A DNA stretch of 64,000 nucleotides from Gracilinanus agilis (Eukaryota), in the NCBI RefSeq assembly GCF_016433145.1, contig NC_058133.1:516757031-516821030 (forward strand), written 5' to 3'. This document shows, piece after piece, positions 1 through 13,005 of the stretch. Every line of letters begins with the position of its first letter. The first letter of the stretch is position 1. Made by a program: the position numbers and the translations under genes. The notes beneath the pieces are model-generated. The model saw nothing but the letters and a program-made list of their open reading frames with translations. It was not told the DNA's origin and made no database searches.

Positions 1-488
1 TTCCTGGTACTTTTTGGACCACCATGAAACCACTTCTATGTATTTGCTCCTTACAAGGAGAACATGGAAGCCATCCTTTCATTTAACAACAGTGTCCTCA
101 AGATTCGACCTTCTGGTTTCATCAAGTGACAATGTTGAGATAAATGAAGTTTGGCTCCTTTGGTAGCTTGATCTCTGCCCTGAGCCATGGACAAGGACTT
201 CACGTTGAGATTTTCAACAGTTAAATTAATGTTTTTAGAGTATATAAATTTTGAGACTGAATGCCATTGCATGTTTTTATTCTGGGTTTCCTGGGTTGTC
301 ATAACTAAAAAACCCAACCTAAATCAACCTGTCAGTGTACTGACTATGGCTTATCCTTCATCCTTAGCCACAATCTGTCATTGAACCATTTACTCTTCAG
401 CTTGGTCAAGCTTACCAACTTTGCCCCGTTTACTTAGTCATCAAGAATCCAGGCTCTCCCACAGGTGTACTAACAGAGACTTCAGATG

Positions 489-625
489 GTATGGTGGGAG
501 GAATTTGGGATCTGGAGTCAGAGGACCTTGGCTTCCATCTTTGCACTGCTACTTGACCTTGGTAAGTCATTTAACCTCTATGAGTCTCAGTTTCTTGATA
601 GGTAAAATGAGGAGGCTGGACTCAT
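489..625 (+). mobile_element. MIR/CORE-SINE fragment
   Basis: Degenerate CORE motif ttgaccttggtaagtcatttaacctctatgagtctcagtttcttgataggtaaaatgagg. Confidence 0.6.
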
Positions 626-628
626 TGG

Positions 629-735
629 ACTGTAAGCTTCTTGAGGGAAGGGACTGTCTTTGGCCTCTTTTTTGTATCTGCACCACTTAGCACCATGTCT
701 GGCACCTAGCTGGTGCTTAGATAAATTGATTAATT
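629..735 (+). mobile_element. L2 LINE 3' end fragment
   Basis: ctgtaagcttcttgagggaagggactgtc...cttagcaccatgtctggcacctagctggtgctta is the typical L2 3' terminus. Confidence 0.6.
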
Positions 736-2444
736 GGAATAAATCACCTTTACACTTCCTTCCCTCTAACTCTGTGATCTTTGGAGTTTCATTCCTTGCT
801 TTTCTCACATTTTAATTAGAGATAATGGTAAGCCATAAATTTACCATACACTACATATTTATTTTTTTAATAACCCAGAAGCAACTCAAATCAACAAGAG
901 CATGTACCTGGAGACTGTTTCATCGTCTCCCAGGATGATGAGAAAAAACTGAAACTCTAATCCAAAGAATAAATTAAATTGAAGAATAAATTAAATTGAA
1001 TAAACATCCTTCACGTCATAACATTCTCTGCTGTCAATGAAAAACCTTTTTTATAATAATAAAAGAGATGGGGAAATTTCAGAAGCTCTTTTTCTTTAAA
1101 AAGACTGAGAGATTTTCATTTGCCTAAGAGATGCTTAAATTCAATCATGCCAAGACTATGATGGGAGGAGAAGACTAGAGGACCACTTACAATGCCTTTC
1201 AGGCCTTCGAGGCCATAATTCTAATCAGCTCCTTAAGTAGCAAAGCTCTAACAAGGAGGAGATTAATGAGTTTATATTAGAAAAGAACCTTTTCCAGTTT
1301 TTCCTTAATACATTGGGGCTGTGATTATAACAAGTTCTCTCCTATTTCCTCCCTAGTCACAACTGTTTCTTTTCTCTTTTCATTTTCTATTAGGGATGAG
1401 TCATAAAGAACAGTTTTTTTTCCTTCTAATTCTCATAATTTATTTTTAGCATGTAAAAGAGAGTCTCAAATGCTGTTGGAAACCACTGAGTAACTCTCCC
1501 CACCTATCCACAGGGACCTCATCCTTTTATCATAGCATTTGGTGCAAATTAAAACTAGCTTCCACCCTTCTCTCAATTAGGCCTTGTAGCAGAAAGCTTT
1601 GTTTCTAATGGATGTCCAGGATAATCAGCTCTTTGTACTCCTCGTCCTCTCAATTACTCTAGATTTTATTTGTATGTCATATGTATTTGCTATTGATTCT
1701 CTGCCATAAAATGTAAGCCTCTTGAGGGCAGGGACCCTAATTCTTGTCTTTGTCTCCTCAGTAGAGGGCCTCGTATATACTAAATGGCTAATAAGTTTTG
1801 TAGAATTGAATTTTAAAACTTCAAGGTAATTCTTGCTCCACATAAATGAATTTCCTTCAAATTGGCTACATGATCCCTTCTCTCTTGTGGCTTAAATTTA
1901 AAGTTCACAATTCTTTCGTGCTCCAAACATTTTGGGACCTCATATATAGAGTTTGTTCTCTTTAATTATGCTTATTGAAATTCATTTACTTCTGCCCATT
2001 TTTGTGAACTTTCCCCATATTTTCTGATAATCTCAACACCTGGAAGTCACCTCAGCATGCTGGGGATCTTGACTGCATTGTCCCATTTTAGAGAAGATAC
2101 CAAGAGGGCACTTGGACTGTCCACCATTTACCCTTTACATTCACTATGTGACCAGCTCCCATTCTCTTCCTAGCTTACATTTCTTGGGTGACATTCTTTA
2201 GTCTTATTCTTCTTTGGAGTTCTTTGTTGGATCTATGTTGCAACCAGCTCCCTCCTACAATGGCCCTCTCTATTGCTCTCTGCATGACATTTATTTTCAG
2301 TACTTCTGAGACCATTGCGTTGCATGTCAAAACATGGAACATCATACTGCTCTGGTAAAGGAAAGTAGTGAAATGATGAGTCTTTGTTTCTGGAAGTTTG
2401 GTGTTCATTACAAGGGTTTTATAATGTCCTTAAGACACTTTGGA

Positions 2445-2627
2445 GGGGCAGCTGGATAGCTCAGTGGATTGAGAGTCAGGCCTAGCGACGGGAGGTGCTA
2501 GGTTCAAATCCAACCTCAGACACTTCCCAGCTGTGTGACCCTGGGCAAGTCACTTGACCCCCATTGCCCACCCTTACCACCATTCCACCAAGGAGCCAGT
2601 ACACAGAAGTTAAGGGTTTAAAAAAAA
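2445..2627 (+). mobile_element. Opossum-type tRNA-derived CORE-SINE (SINE1_Mdo-like), full length
   Basis: Head ggggcagctggatagctcagtgg, B-box-like ggttcaaatcc, core tgaccctgggcaagtcac and A-tail. TSD cactttgga at 2436-2444 and 2631-2639. Confidence 0.9.
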
Positions 2628-3227
2628 GGGCACTTTGGAGCACTCCTGCTTAATTCTGAATCTAACTTATTGGATCTCTATTCAACTGACAGAAAATTCA
2701 CATTCTATTTATCTAATTGTGTGTCATAATGTCGGAAACAGAAATTCTTTAACCACTTGGGCTTTCCAGTGTGGATGGTTAAACCAGCCTCTCCCCTAGG
2801 AGACTCTTCAGTGTTCCAAGGCCTGATACAACCAGAACAGTGTCTACCTCAAGAAAGAGCATCTGAATGACCTCACCTTCCACAGGGAATTAATCCCTCT
2901 TCAAATTTGGATGGTGTGTTGGATCTCCTCCATGACAGTGGCCAATACTTTTGAGGATGTAGCTCCTTGTTTTGTGCCTCCCGTGATGAATAAACAAGAA
3001 AGAGTTTGAAAAGATGTGCTATAGTAGTTAAGTACAGGGTGTTTCAAAAGTCTTAATCAAATTTTAAGATTACTACAGCTTCAAGGAATGTTGGATTGTG
3101 GGAAAAGAGGCTCAGTGGAAATATTTTGCTTAACTGAAACAATTGCTTTTTTTATAGCAACAACAAAAAAAAGATGGTGAAATTTCATATTCTCTGTATC
3201 TTTCAACCAAAACCATTACCAAATGAT

Positions 3228-3385
3228 TAAGATTTGGTCCATCCACATGTAAAACCCAGTGGAATTCTGCATTGGATATGGGAGGGGGAGTGGGAGGAGG
3301 GGAGGGAAGGAACATGAATCATGTAACCATGGAAAAAATTTTTAATTAATCAATAAATATTAAAGTTAAATTAAAATAAAAAAAG
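3228..3385 (+). mobile_element. L1 3' UTR end fragment
   Basis: catgtaaaacccagtggaa, G-rich tract, aacatgaatcatgtaaccatgg and A-rich tail; matches the 3' end of the L1 at 4416-7316. Confidence 0.8.
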
Positions 3386-3559
3386 ATGTCGTCCATCTCA
3401 GAATATTGCTTGCAAGGGACTGCATGTTCACTTCCAAAACTCTCATTGAGAATTCCTTCAGTTTGTGAATTGATGAGTATTATGAAAATTTTGTTTAGAT
3501 GGCAAAGTAGGCATATAAATATCTACATCCATACATGTATATACATACATGTGTACAAA

Positions 3560-3870
3560 CAGAGGAAAATGGAAAATATCTGTAATGATTTTTATAACAA
3601 ATAGTTTTCACTATTAAAGCAAATAGAACCCCACACTTGGACTCTGACATCATAATCTGAGATATGATGGTAGAGAAGTTAAAAATGTCATGAAAGAGAA
3701 TAAAAATGGGAAGAACTTCTGGATGACACCAAAGACACACATGTTGTGGAGAAATATGTTGGAAGTGACACAATTGTGATACCATTTTGGAACTGATTCA
3801 CAGGGTTTCAGATGGAGTGGAAAATACCAAAGGCATGAGGAATCTTAAACATTACTAATCATTGATACTG
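3560..3870 (+). mobile_element. RTE-clade LINE ORF fragment (old)
   Basis: gaaccccacacttggactctgacatcata...gtcatgaaagagaataaaaatgggaagaacttctgga resembles the pre-RT region of marsupial RTE elements (recalled). Confidence 0.4.
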
Positions 3871-4415
3871 AAATCAAGTATGTAAATACTAACATTCATA
3901 TTGTATGACATCCTAGATTAGGATCTAAGGGAAACTTAGAAATCATCTTCCCCAACATCCCCATTTTACAGATGAAGAATCCTAGGTGTGGACAAGTGAC
4001 TTCACTTGACCAAGTTCTCCAAGGCAGAAGATAACAGAAGCCTCATGTGAACTCAGAGCTTATAACTCCAAACCTAATTCTCTTTGTTCTGCAGTGGACC
4101 ATCTGCCCTTGTTCTTGTTGTGGTCTGAAAATATATAGTACCAGATGATGAGATCTCAGATGAATTCCAACATTTAGTTCAGCATTCATACTTGTTCAAA
4201 GGGAATTTTCTTCATGGATAATGCATTTGAGGTAAGTCTATCAGGAAATGTTATTAAATGGCTTTGACAAAGAAAATCCAATTCACATTGGAAAAAGTTC
4301 AGCTACAATTAAGAAGACACAGTTCTTAAATTCTAGACAATATGGAACATCATCATACTTTATGGAAGGCAGGATGTAAGGCTTGTAGTAACAATTGAAA
4401 GATACCATCTTTCAA

Positions 4416-7316
4416 GAAATCTAGGTGATATGGATGAATATTTACAAAAATATAAATTGCCTAGATTAACAGCAGAAGAAATAGATTACTTAAATAATCC
4501 CATATTAGAAAAAGAAATTGAACAAGCCATCAAAGAACCCCCTAAGAAAAAATCCCCAGGACCAGATGTATTCACAAGTGAATTCTATCAAATCCTTCAA
4601 ATAACAACTAATTCCAATACTATACAAACTGTTTGGCACAATAAGCAAAGAAGATCTACCAAATTCCTTTTATGACACAAATATGGTACTGATCCCAAAG
4701 CCAGGTAGATCAAAAACAGAAAGAAAACTACAGACCAATCCCCCTAATGAACATAGATGCAAAAATCTTAAACAGAGTACTAGCAAAAAGACTCCAGCAA
4801 GTGATCACGAAGGTTATTCATTATGATTAGGTGGGATTTATACCAGGAATGCAAGGATGGTTCAGCATTAGGAAAACCATTCACATAATTGACCATATCT
4901 ACAAGCAAACCATCAAAAAACACATGATTATCTCAATAGATGCTGAAAAAGCCTTTGACAAAATACAACATCCATTCCTACTGAAAACACTAGAAAGTTT
5001 AGGAATAGAAAATAATATTTTTCCTAAAAATAATAAATGGTATATATCTAAAAACATCAACAAACATCATCTGCAATGGGGATAAATTAGAAGCCTTCCC
5101 AATAAGATTAGGTGTGAAACAAGGATGCCCATTGTCACCTCTATTATTTAACATTGTACTAAAAACACTAGCAGTAGCAATTAGAGAAGAAAAAGAAATT
5201 GAAGGTATTAAAATAGGCAATGAGGAGACCAAGCTATTACTCTTTGCAGATGATATGATGGTCTACTTAAAAAATCCTAGAGAATCAACTAAAAAGTTAG
5301 TGGAAATAATCAACAACTTTAGCAAAGTTGCCAGATACAAAATAAATGCACATAAATCATCAGCATTTCTATATGTTTCCAACACATCACAGCAGGAAGA
5401 GGTAGAAAGAGAAACACCATTTAAAATCACCCTAGACAATATAAAATACTTGGAAATCTATCTGCCAAGACAAGCACAGGAATTATTCGAACACAACTAC
5501 AAAACCCTTTCCACACAATTAAAACTAGATCTAAACAATTGGAAAAACATTGATTGCTCATGTGTAGGATGAGCTAACATAATAAAAACTACCATCTTAC
5601 CCAAATTAATTTACCTATTTAGTGCTATACCTATGAAACTACCAAAAAACTTTTTTACTGAATTAGAAAAAACTATATCAAAGTTCATTTGGAAGAACAA
5701 AAGACCAAGAATATCAAGGGGCAATATAATGAAAAAATATGAAGGAAGGTGGCCTAGCAGTACCCAATCTTAAACTGTACTACAAAGCAGTAGTCATCAA
5801 AACAATATGGTACTGGCTAAGAGACAGAAGGGAAGATCAGTGGAATAGACTAGGGCTAAGCGACCTCAGCAAGACAGTTTTCGATAAACCCAAAGAACCC
5901 AGCTTTTGGGACAAAACCCCACTATTTGACAAAAACTGCTGGAAATATTGGAAAAAAATATGGGAGAGATTGGGCCTAGGTCAACATCTCACATCCTATA
6001 ACAAGATAAACTCAGAATGGATGAATGACTTGGATATAAAGAAGGAAACAATAGGTAAATTGGGTGAGCACAAAATAGTATACGTGTCAGATCTCTGGGA
6101 AGGGAAATATTTTTAAACCAAGAAAAAAATCACAAAATGTAAAATAAATAATTTTGACTACATTAAACTGAAAAGGTTTTGTATAGACAAAACCAATGCT
6201 ACCAAAATTAGAAAGGAAGCAACAAATTGGGAAAAAAAACTTTATAACAAAAAACTCAGACAAAGGTCTAATTACTCAAATATACAAGGAGCTAAATCAA
6301 TTGTACAAAAAATCAAGCCATCCCCCAATTGGTAAATGGGCAGGGACATGAATAGGCAATTTTGAGATAAAGAAATCAAAACTATCAATAAGCACATGAG
6401 AAAGTGTTTTAAATCTCTAATAATTAGAGAAATGCAAATCAAAACAACTCTGAGGTATCACCTCACACCTAAAAGATTGGCTAAAATGACAGCAGGGGAG
6501 AGTAATGAATGTTGGAGGGGATGTGGCAAAATTGGGACATTAATGCATTGCTGGTGGAGTTGTGAACTGATCCAACCATTCTGGATGGCAATTTGGAACT
6601 ATGCTTAAAGGGCTTTAAAAGACTATCTGCCTTTTGATCTAGCCATAGCACTGCTTGGTTTATACCCCAAAGAGATAATAAGGGAAAACACTTGTACAAA
6701 AATATTTATTGCCATGCTCTTTGTGGTGGCAAAAAATTGGAAAATGAAAGAATGTCCTTCAATTGGGGAATGGCTAAACAAATTGTGGTACCTGTTGGTG
6801 ATGGAATACTATTGTGCTCAAAGGAATAATGAACTGGAGGAATTCCATGTGAACTGGAATGACCTCCAGGAATTGATGCAGAGTGAAAGAAGCAGAACCA
6901 GGAGAGCATTGTACACAGAGACTGACACACTGTTGTACAATCGAACATAACAGGCTTCTCTACTAGCAACAATGGAAGGATCCAGAGCAAAGCTGAGGGA
7001 CTTATGAGAAAGAAAACTAGCCACATTCAGAGGAAGAAGAAGAATTCAGAGGAGGAGAAACACAGAAGAAAAAACAACTGCTTGAACACATGGGCTGATG
7101 GGGATATTATTGGGGATGTAGACACTAAATGATAACTCTAGTCCAACTATCAATAATATGGAATCAGGTCTTGATCAATGATGCATGTAAAACCCAGTGA
7201 ATTGTGCATCGGCTAAGGGGGCTTAGGGGGGTTTGGGGGAGAGGGAAAGAACATGAAACATGTAACTATGGGAAAATATTCAAAATTAAAATTAAAAAAT
7301 TAAAAAAAGAAAAAAA
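4416..7316 (+). mobile_element. 5'-truncated L1 (ORF2 RT to C-terminus plus 3' UTR), inactivated by stops and frameshifts
   Basis: ORF pieces [61 protein letters not shown] and CWRGCG. A-tail and a 19-bp TSD gaaagataccatctttcaa at 4397-4415 and 7317-7335. Confidence 0.97.
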
Positions 7317-7759
7317 GAAAGATACCATCTTTCAAACTATAAATAATTATCTTAATACATATCTCCCATAATAGAAGTATATAATTCTTTGTTTAAATCT
7401 GCCTGGATAGAGTTGATAAAAATGGATTCATAAAATGGTAATGGCTATTATTATTTACTGTGCTATAAAAAGAGACCATATAGCAGAGCAGAGAGTGCTG
7501 AGCTAGGACTCAGAAAGTCCTGAGTTCAAATCCTACCTTTGAAACTCACTGGCTAAATAATTATGGACAAATCACTCAAGCAACTCCCTAGGACTTATGA
7601 GACAGGAGTATGATGGGGACATCAAAAAATTAATGGGATTTTGGACTAGATAAAGAAAGGCAGAACTTTCAGGGATAAGGAAGTCAGAGTTTCTGTGCTC
7701 TGTGGAAATATTAGAACTCACCTAAATTCCAGGTCTAGATGATACAGTTTAAGGACATT

Positions 7760-8140
7760 AATAATCTAGAAGGTCCAGAGAAAGCCTGCTAGGATGGTGA
7801 GGGACCTTGAGTCCCTGATATATGAGTTCAGAGAAGGGTTACTCTAGAGATAGAAAGACTCATGGGGAATGGGATAACTATATCTTAGTATCTGAAGGGC
7901 TTCCAGGTAGAAAAGGTAATAACTTTGCTCTGCAGTCCCAGAGGGTAAAATGAAGCAATAGATAAAAGGTATAGAGGCAAATTAAAGGTTGATATCAGGA
8001 AAAAAAATTCTTATCATGGAATTTGTTCCAAAGTGGACTGGTCTTCAAGCAGAAATTGGACAACCAATTGTTGGAAATGTTATAATGAGACTTTCTTTCA
8101 AGTATGGGAGGGAAGAAAGGGGTTCTGAGCTCCCTAACAA
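7760..8140 (+). mobile_element. L3/CR1 3' fragment
   Basis: gtatctgaagggcttccaggtagaaaag...ggttgatatcaggaaaaaaaattctta resembles the CR1/L3 3' region. Confidence 0.55.
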
Positions 8141-8655
8141 CAATCAAATTCTGTGGCTCTGTGATTATTGACTGTGATATGAATTAGTAGGGGACTTCCC
8201 ACACAGGGAGTTCTCCACACTGCTTAATTAATAGACCCTGCCTACATTCATGGTTGCTATAGAAGTGGATAGTTATGTTAGAGAACAGAGATAAGATCTT
8301 GTTTATGAAGACAGTGAAACACTAAGATGCATGAAGCTCAAATCATTATCATGATGGGGCCTCAATGGGACCCAGAAACATGAGTCATGACATAATTAAA
8401 GGGCAAAATGATCACACAGCAACAAGCTGAGTTCCATGTTGTGTTTCTGGGAAGTGGTGCAAAATGCATATTCATAGAATCATAGGCTTGAAACTAGAAA
8501 GGACCTCTGAAACCAGAGGCTATGGAAACTCAAGCTCAGAAAAAGGAAATAACTTGCTCAAGGTCACAAATATGATGTCAGAGGTGGGATTTCAAATCAC
8601 ATCTTCTGCCTCTGGGACACAGAATATTTCCACTGGACTAAGCTGCCTCCTTCTC

Positions 8656-8657
<2 letters not shown>

Positions 8658-8696
<39 letters not shown>
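8658..8696. repeat. (CA)n microsatellite
   Basis: Direct observation. Confidence 0.98.
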
Positions 8697-8699
<3 letters not shown>

Positions 8700-8719
8700 C
8701 ACATTCCTTCCTTTCAGAC

Positions 8720-9790
8720 ATGTGAAACTGAAAATTCAGGTTGACATGTCCAATAGGCCAGTGGAAAGAGAAGATAAGATATATGGAGAATAGTTAGGAC
8801 TGGATTAGAAGATCTAAGAGTCATCAGCATGAAGAAAATTGAATCCATGAGAGCCTATGAGTTCACCAAATTAAATAATATAGGTAGATGTTAAGTGTTA
8901 AATATTAAAAGTTGTACAAAATGTATAAAAATGTGGTTGCCAAAATTATTACTCAAGTTGGGATGACTTTTTATGGTAGTTTATTTACAAAAGGCAAAGA
9001 GTGAAAGTAAGGAAATGAGAGAGTAGATAATTACTCTGGCCCAATCTGAACCAGGTAGGGCTTCAGATGCCCCAGCAAAGAGGGGCCCAGAGGTAAATTA
9101 AATAAGAGTTGTAGCCACGAGGCCTCCTCCAAGATGAGGGACCTCTCCAGAGGCTAGTACCTCCAGAAAAGCCAGGAAAAGGAGTCAGCCTTTTCACTCA
9201 TCCATGTGGTAGTTTGAAGGGAGAGATTCAAGAACAGTCTCACCAAATTTCAGAGTCTCAGGTCCACAAAGCAGATCTTTCACCAGTCTCCAACTCCAAC
9301 TCCAACTCCAAACTCTGAAAAATGTACTCCTTAGGAAGTTGAAGTTGCTTTTAAAGACAGTTCTTTGCATCACTTCCTGTTCATTTCTGCCACTTTATAT
9401 GGACCAATTGTAGCTTTAGCTTTGCTTAGGACTGCCCATGGGGCAGTCGTTTCTGATTCGTCACCCACTATAGCACACATGGGTCACAGATGTCCCCATA
9501 CTTAAGGATAAGTTGGGTGTATACACTTCTGGTGATTAAATCTGAAAGTGGGCAAGGGGAGAGTTAATCCCATCTTCACATAGAGAGGGAAAGAAGGCCA
9601 AAGAGAGATTCTCAGGGACACCCACAGTTTGAGGGTATGATTTAGATAAGTTTGCATCAGAAGAGAGAGGAGCAGGCAGAGAGGAGAAGGAGAATCAGGA
9701 GAGAGCAATGCTTTAAAACCTAGAGAAAAGAGAGAATCCAAGAGAAAAGGATAATTTAGTGCCAAAGGCTGCAGAGAAGTCAGAAAGGAA
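8720..9790 (-). mobile_element. L2 fragment interrupted by a solo LTR (L2 parts ~8720-8884 and ~9585-9790)
   Basis: Antisense L2-type purine-rich text (gagtcatcagcatg; gagagattctcagggacacccacagtt) on both sides of the LTR. Confidence 0.5.
8889..9580 (-). mobile_element. Solo ERV LTR
   Basis: TG...CA termini (minus strand starts tgtgaagatgggattaactct). 4-bp TSD taga at 8885-8888 and 9581-9584. A related copy lies at ~42424-43087. Confidence 0.8.
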
Positions 9791-11219
9791 GGCTGTCTCC
9801 TCTCTTACATCATCCTCTCTTCAAGCTAAATACAGCCAATTCTTTGTGCTGATCCACAAATGCTATGATCTCAAGACCATTCACCATGCTCTTTTCCATC
9901 TCCAGGGTATCCTTTTTATATGATTTTTTAGTTCTTTGTTGAATTAGTTGTCCCCTGAGGTATTTTCCAATTCATTTGATTCAAAGATTCCACAAAATGA
10001 CTACAATAGATGAAAGTTAATAATGCATTTTTGATTAAGTATTTGCTTAGCTCAGTGTATTCTGAATGTTTTCTCTTGCTTTTTTCATCAAAGATGTCTA
10101 GATAGTTCAAGGTTACGAAAAAATTCCAGGTTCTATCCAGCCCTTCACACATAATCCCTTTGGAGATAACCAATAGCATCATAAATTTACTACCAGAATT
10201 ATAATATGAACCCATAAAGCAATATTTTTTATCCGTGGTTATGGCGACTGTATAAATCAAGGAATACAACTTGAATGGATAATACATCATCAAGGCCCCA
10301 GAAGAAAAATAATATTCCCTAATAATGATAAGGCAAATAATGAAGGTGAGCAATTAATCTTAATGGAACATGGAGAAGTCACCTGCTTTCTATGGGCACT
10401 TGGCACAAATACTTAAATCCAGAAAAATGACCATGATTCAATAGTCAGGCAATAAGCCCCTTGAAGACAAGAACTAAACTGAGTCCAACTTTGCATCCCA
10501 TATGGTGCCTGCTTTTACTAGGTGTTTAATATATAGTTATTGACTGTATGAGTGACTAACTAAATGAATGAAGCAGTCATTCAGTAGCTTGTGAAGATGG
10601 AGGTTGACCAAGGTGTTGTTGAGACACTTTCTACCCTATGAGCATATTTAGGACCTTGGAGAAGCCTATTTCCTTCAGCTTTTCCAAGCTCAACATCTAA
10701 GAATCTTAGATTTGGGCCTCACATTGTTTGGATTGAAGGTAAAGAGCAGAATTCTCCTCGTTCATTAGATGTTACTTCTTTTGTTTTTCCTCATTGCCCC
10801 ATTGGCTCCAGAGAGGAGAAAGGTGGAAATTACAGGGAGGAGATAGGATTCCTCAGTATGAACACCTTACCAATAATTCATGCTGAGCTGAATGGCCATG
10901 GGACCTTCTGTCACAGGACACGTTGCACTTCTCCCCAGCAGAGCTCAATCAGGGGCTATGAATTGCTGGCAATGGTGGATGGAGGCAAGTTTCACTTGTC
11001 AGATATAGTTGGGGAGAGATGATTCATTTCCCAGAAGGCTTCACCCCTTTGAACATCTGACCCCAGGAATATCTTCATGTCCTGGACTTCATGCCTTTGA
11101 AGGACCCTGAACCCCTGTAGCCTCTCCTTCTTACTGGTTGGCTTCTCCTAGTGCCTCTCTTGAAGAAGGATGCCCAGGCCAGAGGCCAGTCATGGTTTTA
11201 CATCTCATCAGGTTGTATT

Positions 11220-11410
11220 CAGGACTCCTCTACCAAGCTCCCTCACCAGGAACCTTCTCTCCTATCAGCTCTCCTTTATGTGTTGTCTTCTCCCATTAGA
11301 AGGTAAATTTCTTGGGGCCAAACTGTCTTTCTTTTGCCTTGTATTTGTATCTCCAACACTTAGCAGAGTCTGGATTATAGTAAGTGTTTAATAAATGCTT
11401 TTTGACTGAC
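11220..11410 (+). mobile_element. L2 3' end fragment
   Basis: gtatttgtatctccaacacttagcagagtctgg...agtaagtgtttaataaatgctt. Confidence 0.6.
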
Positions 11411-12519
11411 TAGCATGGTACAGTGAAAAATGTTCAGTGGTAGTGATGGACTAGCAGGGTATAGTCAATCTGGTATCAGAAGTCTTGAGTTCAAATCCTA
11501 CATCTGCCATTTACTACCTTATGATTTTAGCTGTTGATTAATCTATCTGAATCATTAATATCTTTAATAAAATGAGATTGGAATAAATTCCCTCTAAGAT
11601 AGGAAGGAAGAACCTCCTATTGGGAGCATCCTTCTTTTCCTCCCTTTTCCTCTTCCTTCTTTTTCCTTCTCTTCCAATCCCTTGACTGGCAGGCCTCATT
11701 GGTAAGGTAGAAGACAAGCTTATGGGGTCACCCTTCCCCTTACTCAGAATGTCCAGGGGGAAGAGAAAAATGACTGCTCATCCTTCTTGGATGCGCTAGG
11801 AGTCCTCAATTACAGCCGTTTTAATAAGAATCACTCCTAAGGACCATTGGACTTGACCATTTACCCTGTTATACTTGAGGAAACTGAGGCAGACAGAGAC
11901 TAAGTGACTTGTCCCAAGTCACACGGCTAGTCAGTGTCTGAGACTGGATTTAAACCAAGTGTCCCTCCAAAGCACTGTCATCTGACCTGTTAATGCCCAC
12001 TAAGGATCTCTGGACCTTGCCATATGCATCGTGGTTAACAGTGGAGACTTCAAATGTATAGAGCTATGACATCTCAGAGGATAAAGAAGTGGGCTTGGCC
12101 GAGCTGGCGAATATCCCCAGGGGAAAATTCCTTGGCTCTGGCCTGCTCCTTTTGAAGATGAATGCTTTGTATTTGGAGTGCCCAAAGGGAATAGAAATGC
12201 CAGACATCAGGAGGGAACTAACACATAAGTGGATTAAGAGGTTGAGGGGAAGAAAGACATCCATTTTCCCAATGTTGCCAAGTTTATGAACCATGAATAA
12301 TCATGCCCACCATGACCCCAAAGGCTGTGTTCTTACCAAAATAGATCTCTACCTGTCATCTGCCTGATGTTATTGATTATGCCACTTACCACCTAATCGA
12401 TAATTAGTTATTAAATACTACCACTTACTTGACACTGTGCAAGATGTCGGTGGAATAAAAACAGAAATCCCTGAGGAGAGAGAATAGCATTTCAACTGTT
12501 TTTTAAAATTATTTCCATA

Positions 12520-12740
12520 GTGACTTAATAGTTCCAAAACACTTTACAAATACCATCTCATTTAATCCTCTCATCAACCCTGGGGGAGTGGTGCTCTTCT
12601 TATCCCCATACTACAGATGGAGTAACTCAGGCAAGAATAGATTGTCCAATGACTTACCCAAGGTCATGTGGCTAGTAAAAACTAGAGACTGAACTGGAAT
12701 TCAGGTGTTGTGGCTCCAAGCACAGCACTTCATCCACTAG
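12520..12740 (-). mobile_element. MIR/MAR1 fragment
   Basis: Antisense CORE: catctcatttaatcctctcatcaaccctg...tatccccatactacagatggagtaactcagg. Confidence 0.55.
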
Positions 12741-13005
12741 ACCACAGAAATAAATGTCTAACAAATACCGAAATCTTGATAGTAGGATTTTTGGTGCCAA
12801 CAATCAACAGGAAACAAAGTGCGTACCGGTTCACTGGGGAATGGCTGAAGAATTCAACATGGATGTTGAGGAGAATGGCAAACAGGATTTCAGTGAGAGG
12901 TTCTTCTACACAATATGAAATTTGGGGTGTTTAATGAGGTTTCGTTTATTGGGAGATCTAATGAAGTCTATGCTACGAGAGGACTTCCCTCGTTAATGAG
13001 ACCCA

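Noticed and set aside
2445-2520. tRNA genes at SINE heads (A/B-box-like motifs)
   Set aside because: These are tRNA-derived SINE heads continuing into CORE and tail sequence, not stand-alone tRNAs.
3033-3075. Mariner-like MITE end tacagggtgtttcaaaagtctta
   Set aside because: Only one short degenerate terminus is visible; too little to annotate.
4430-7026. ORF2-like ORFs as an active L1 or host gene (also 26454-27662 and 36722-37484)
   Set aside because: 5'-truncated, no ORF1 or endonuclease domain, and broken by stops and frameshifts.
12064-12294. Hydrophobic 76-aa minus-strand ORF
   Set aside because: No family motif recognised; short enough to be chance.
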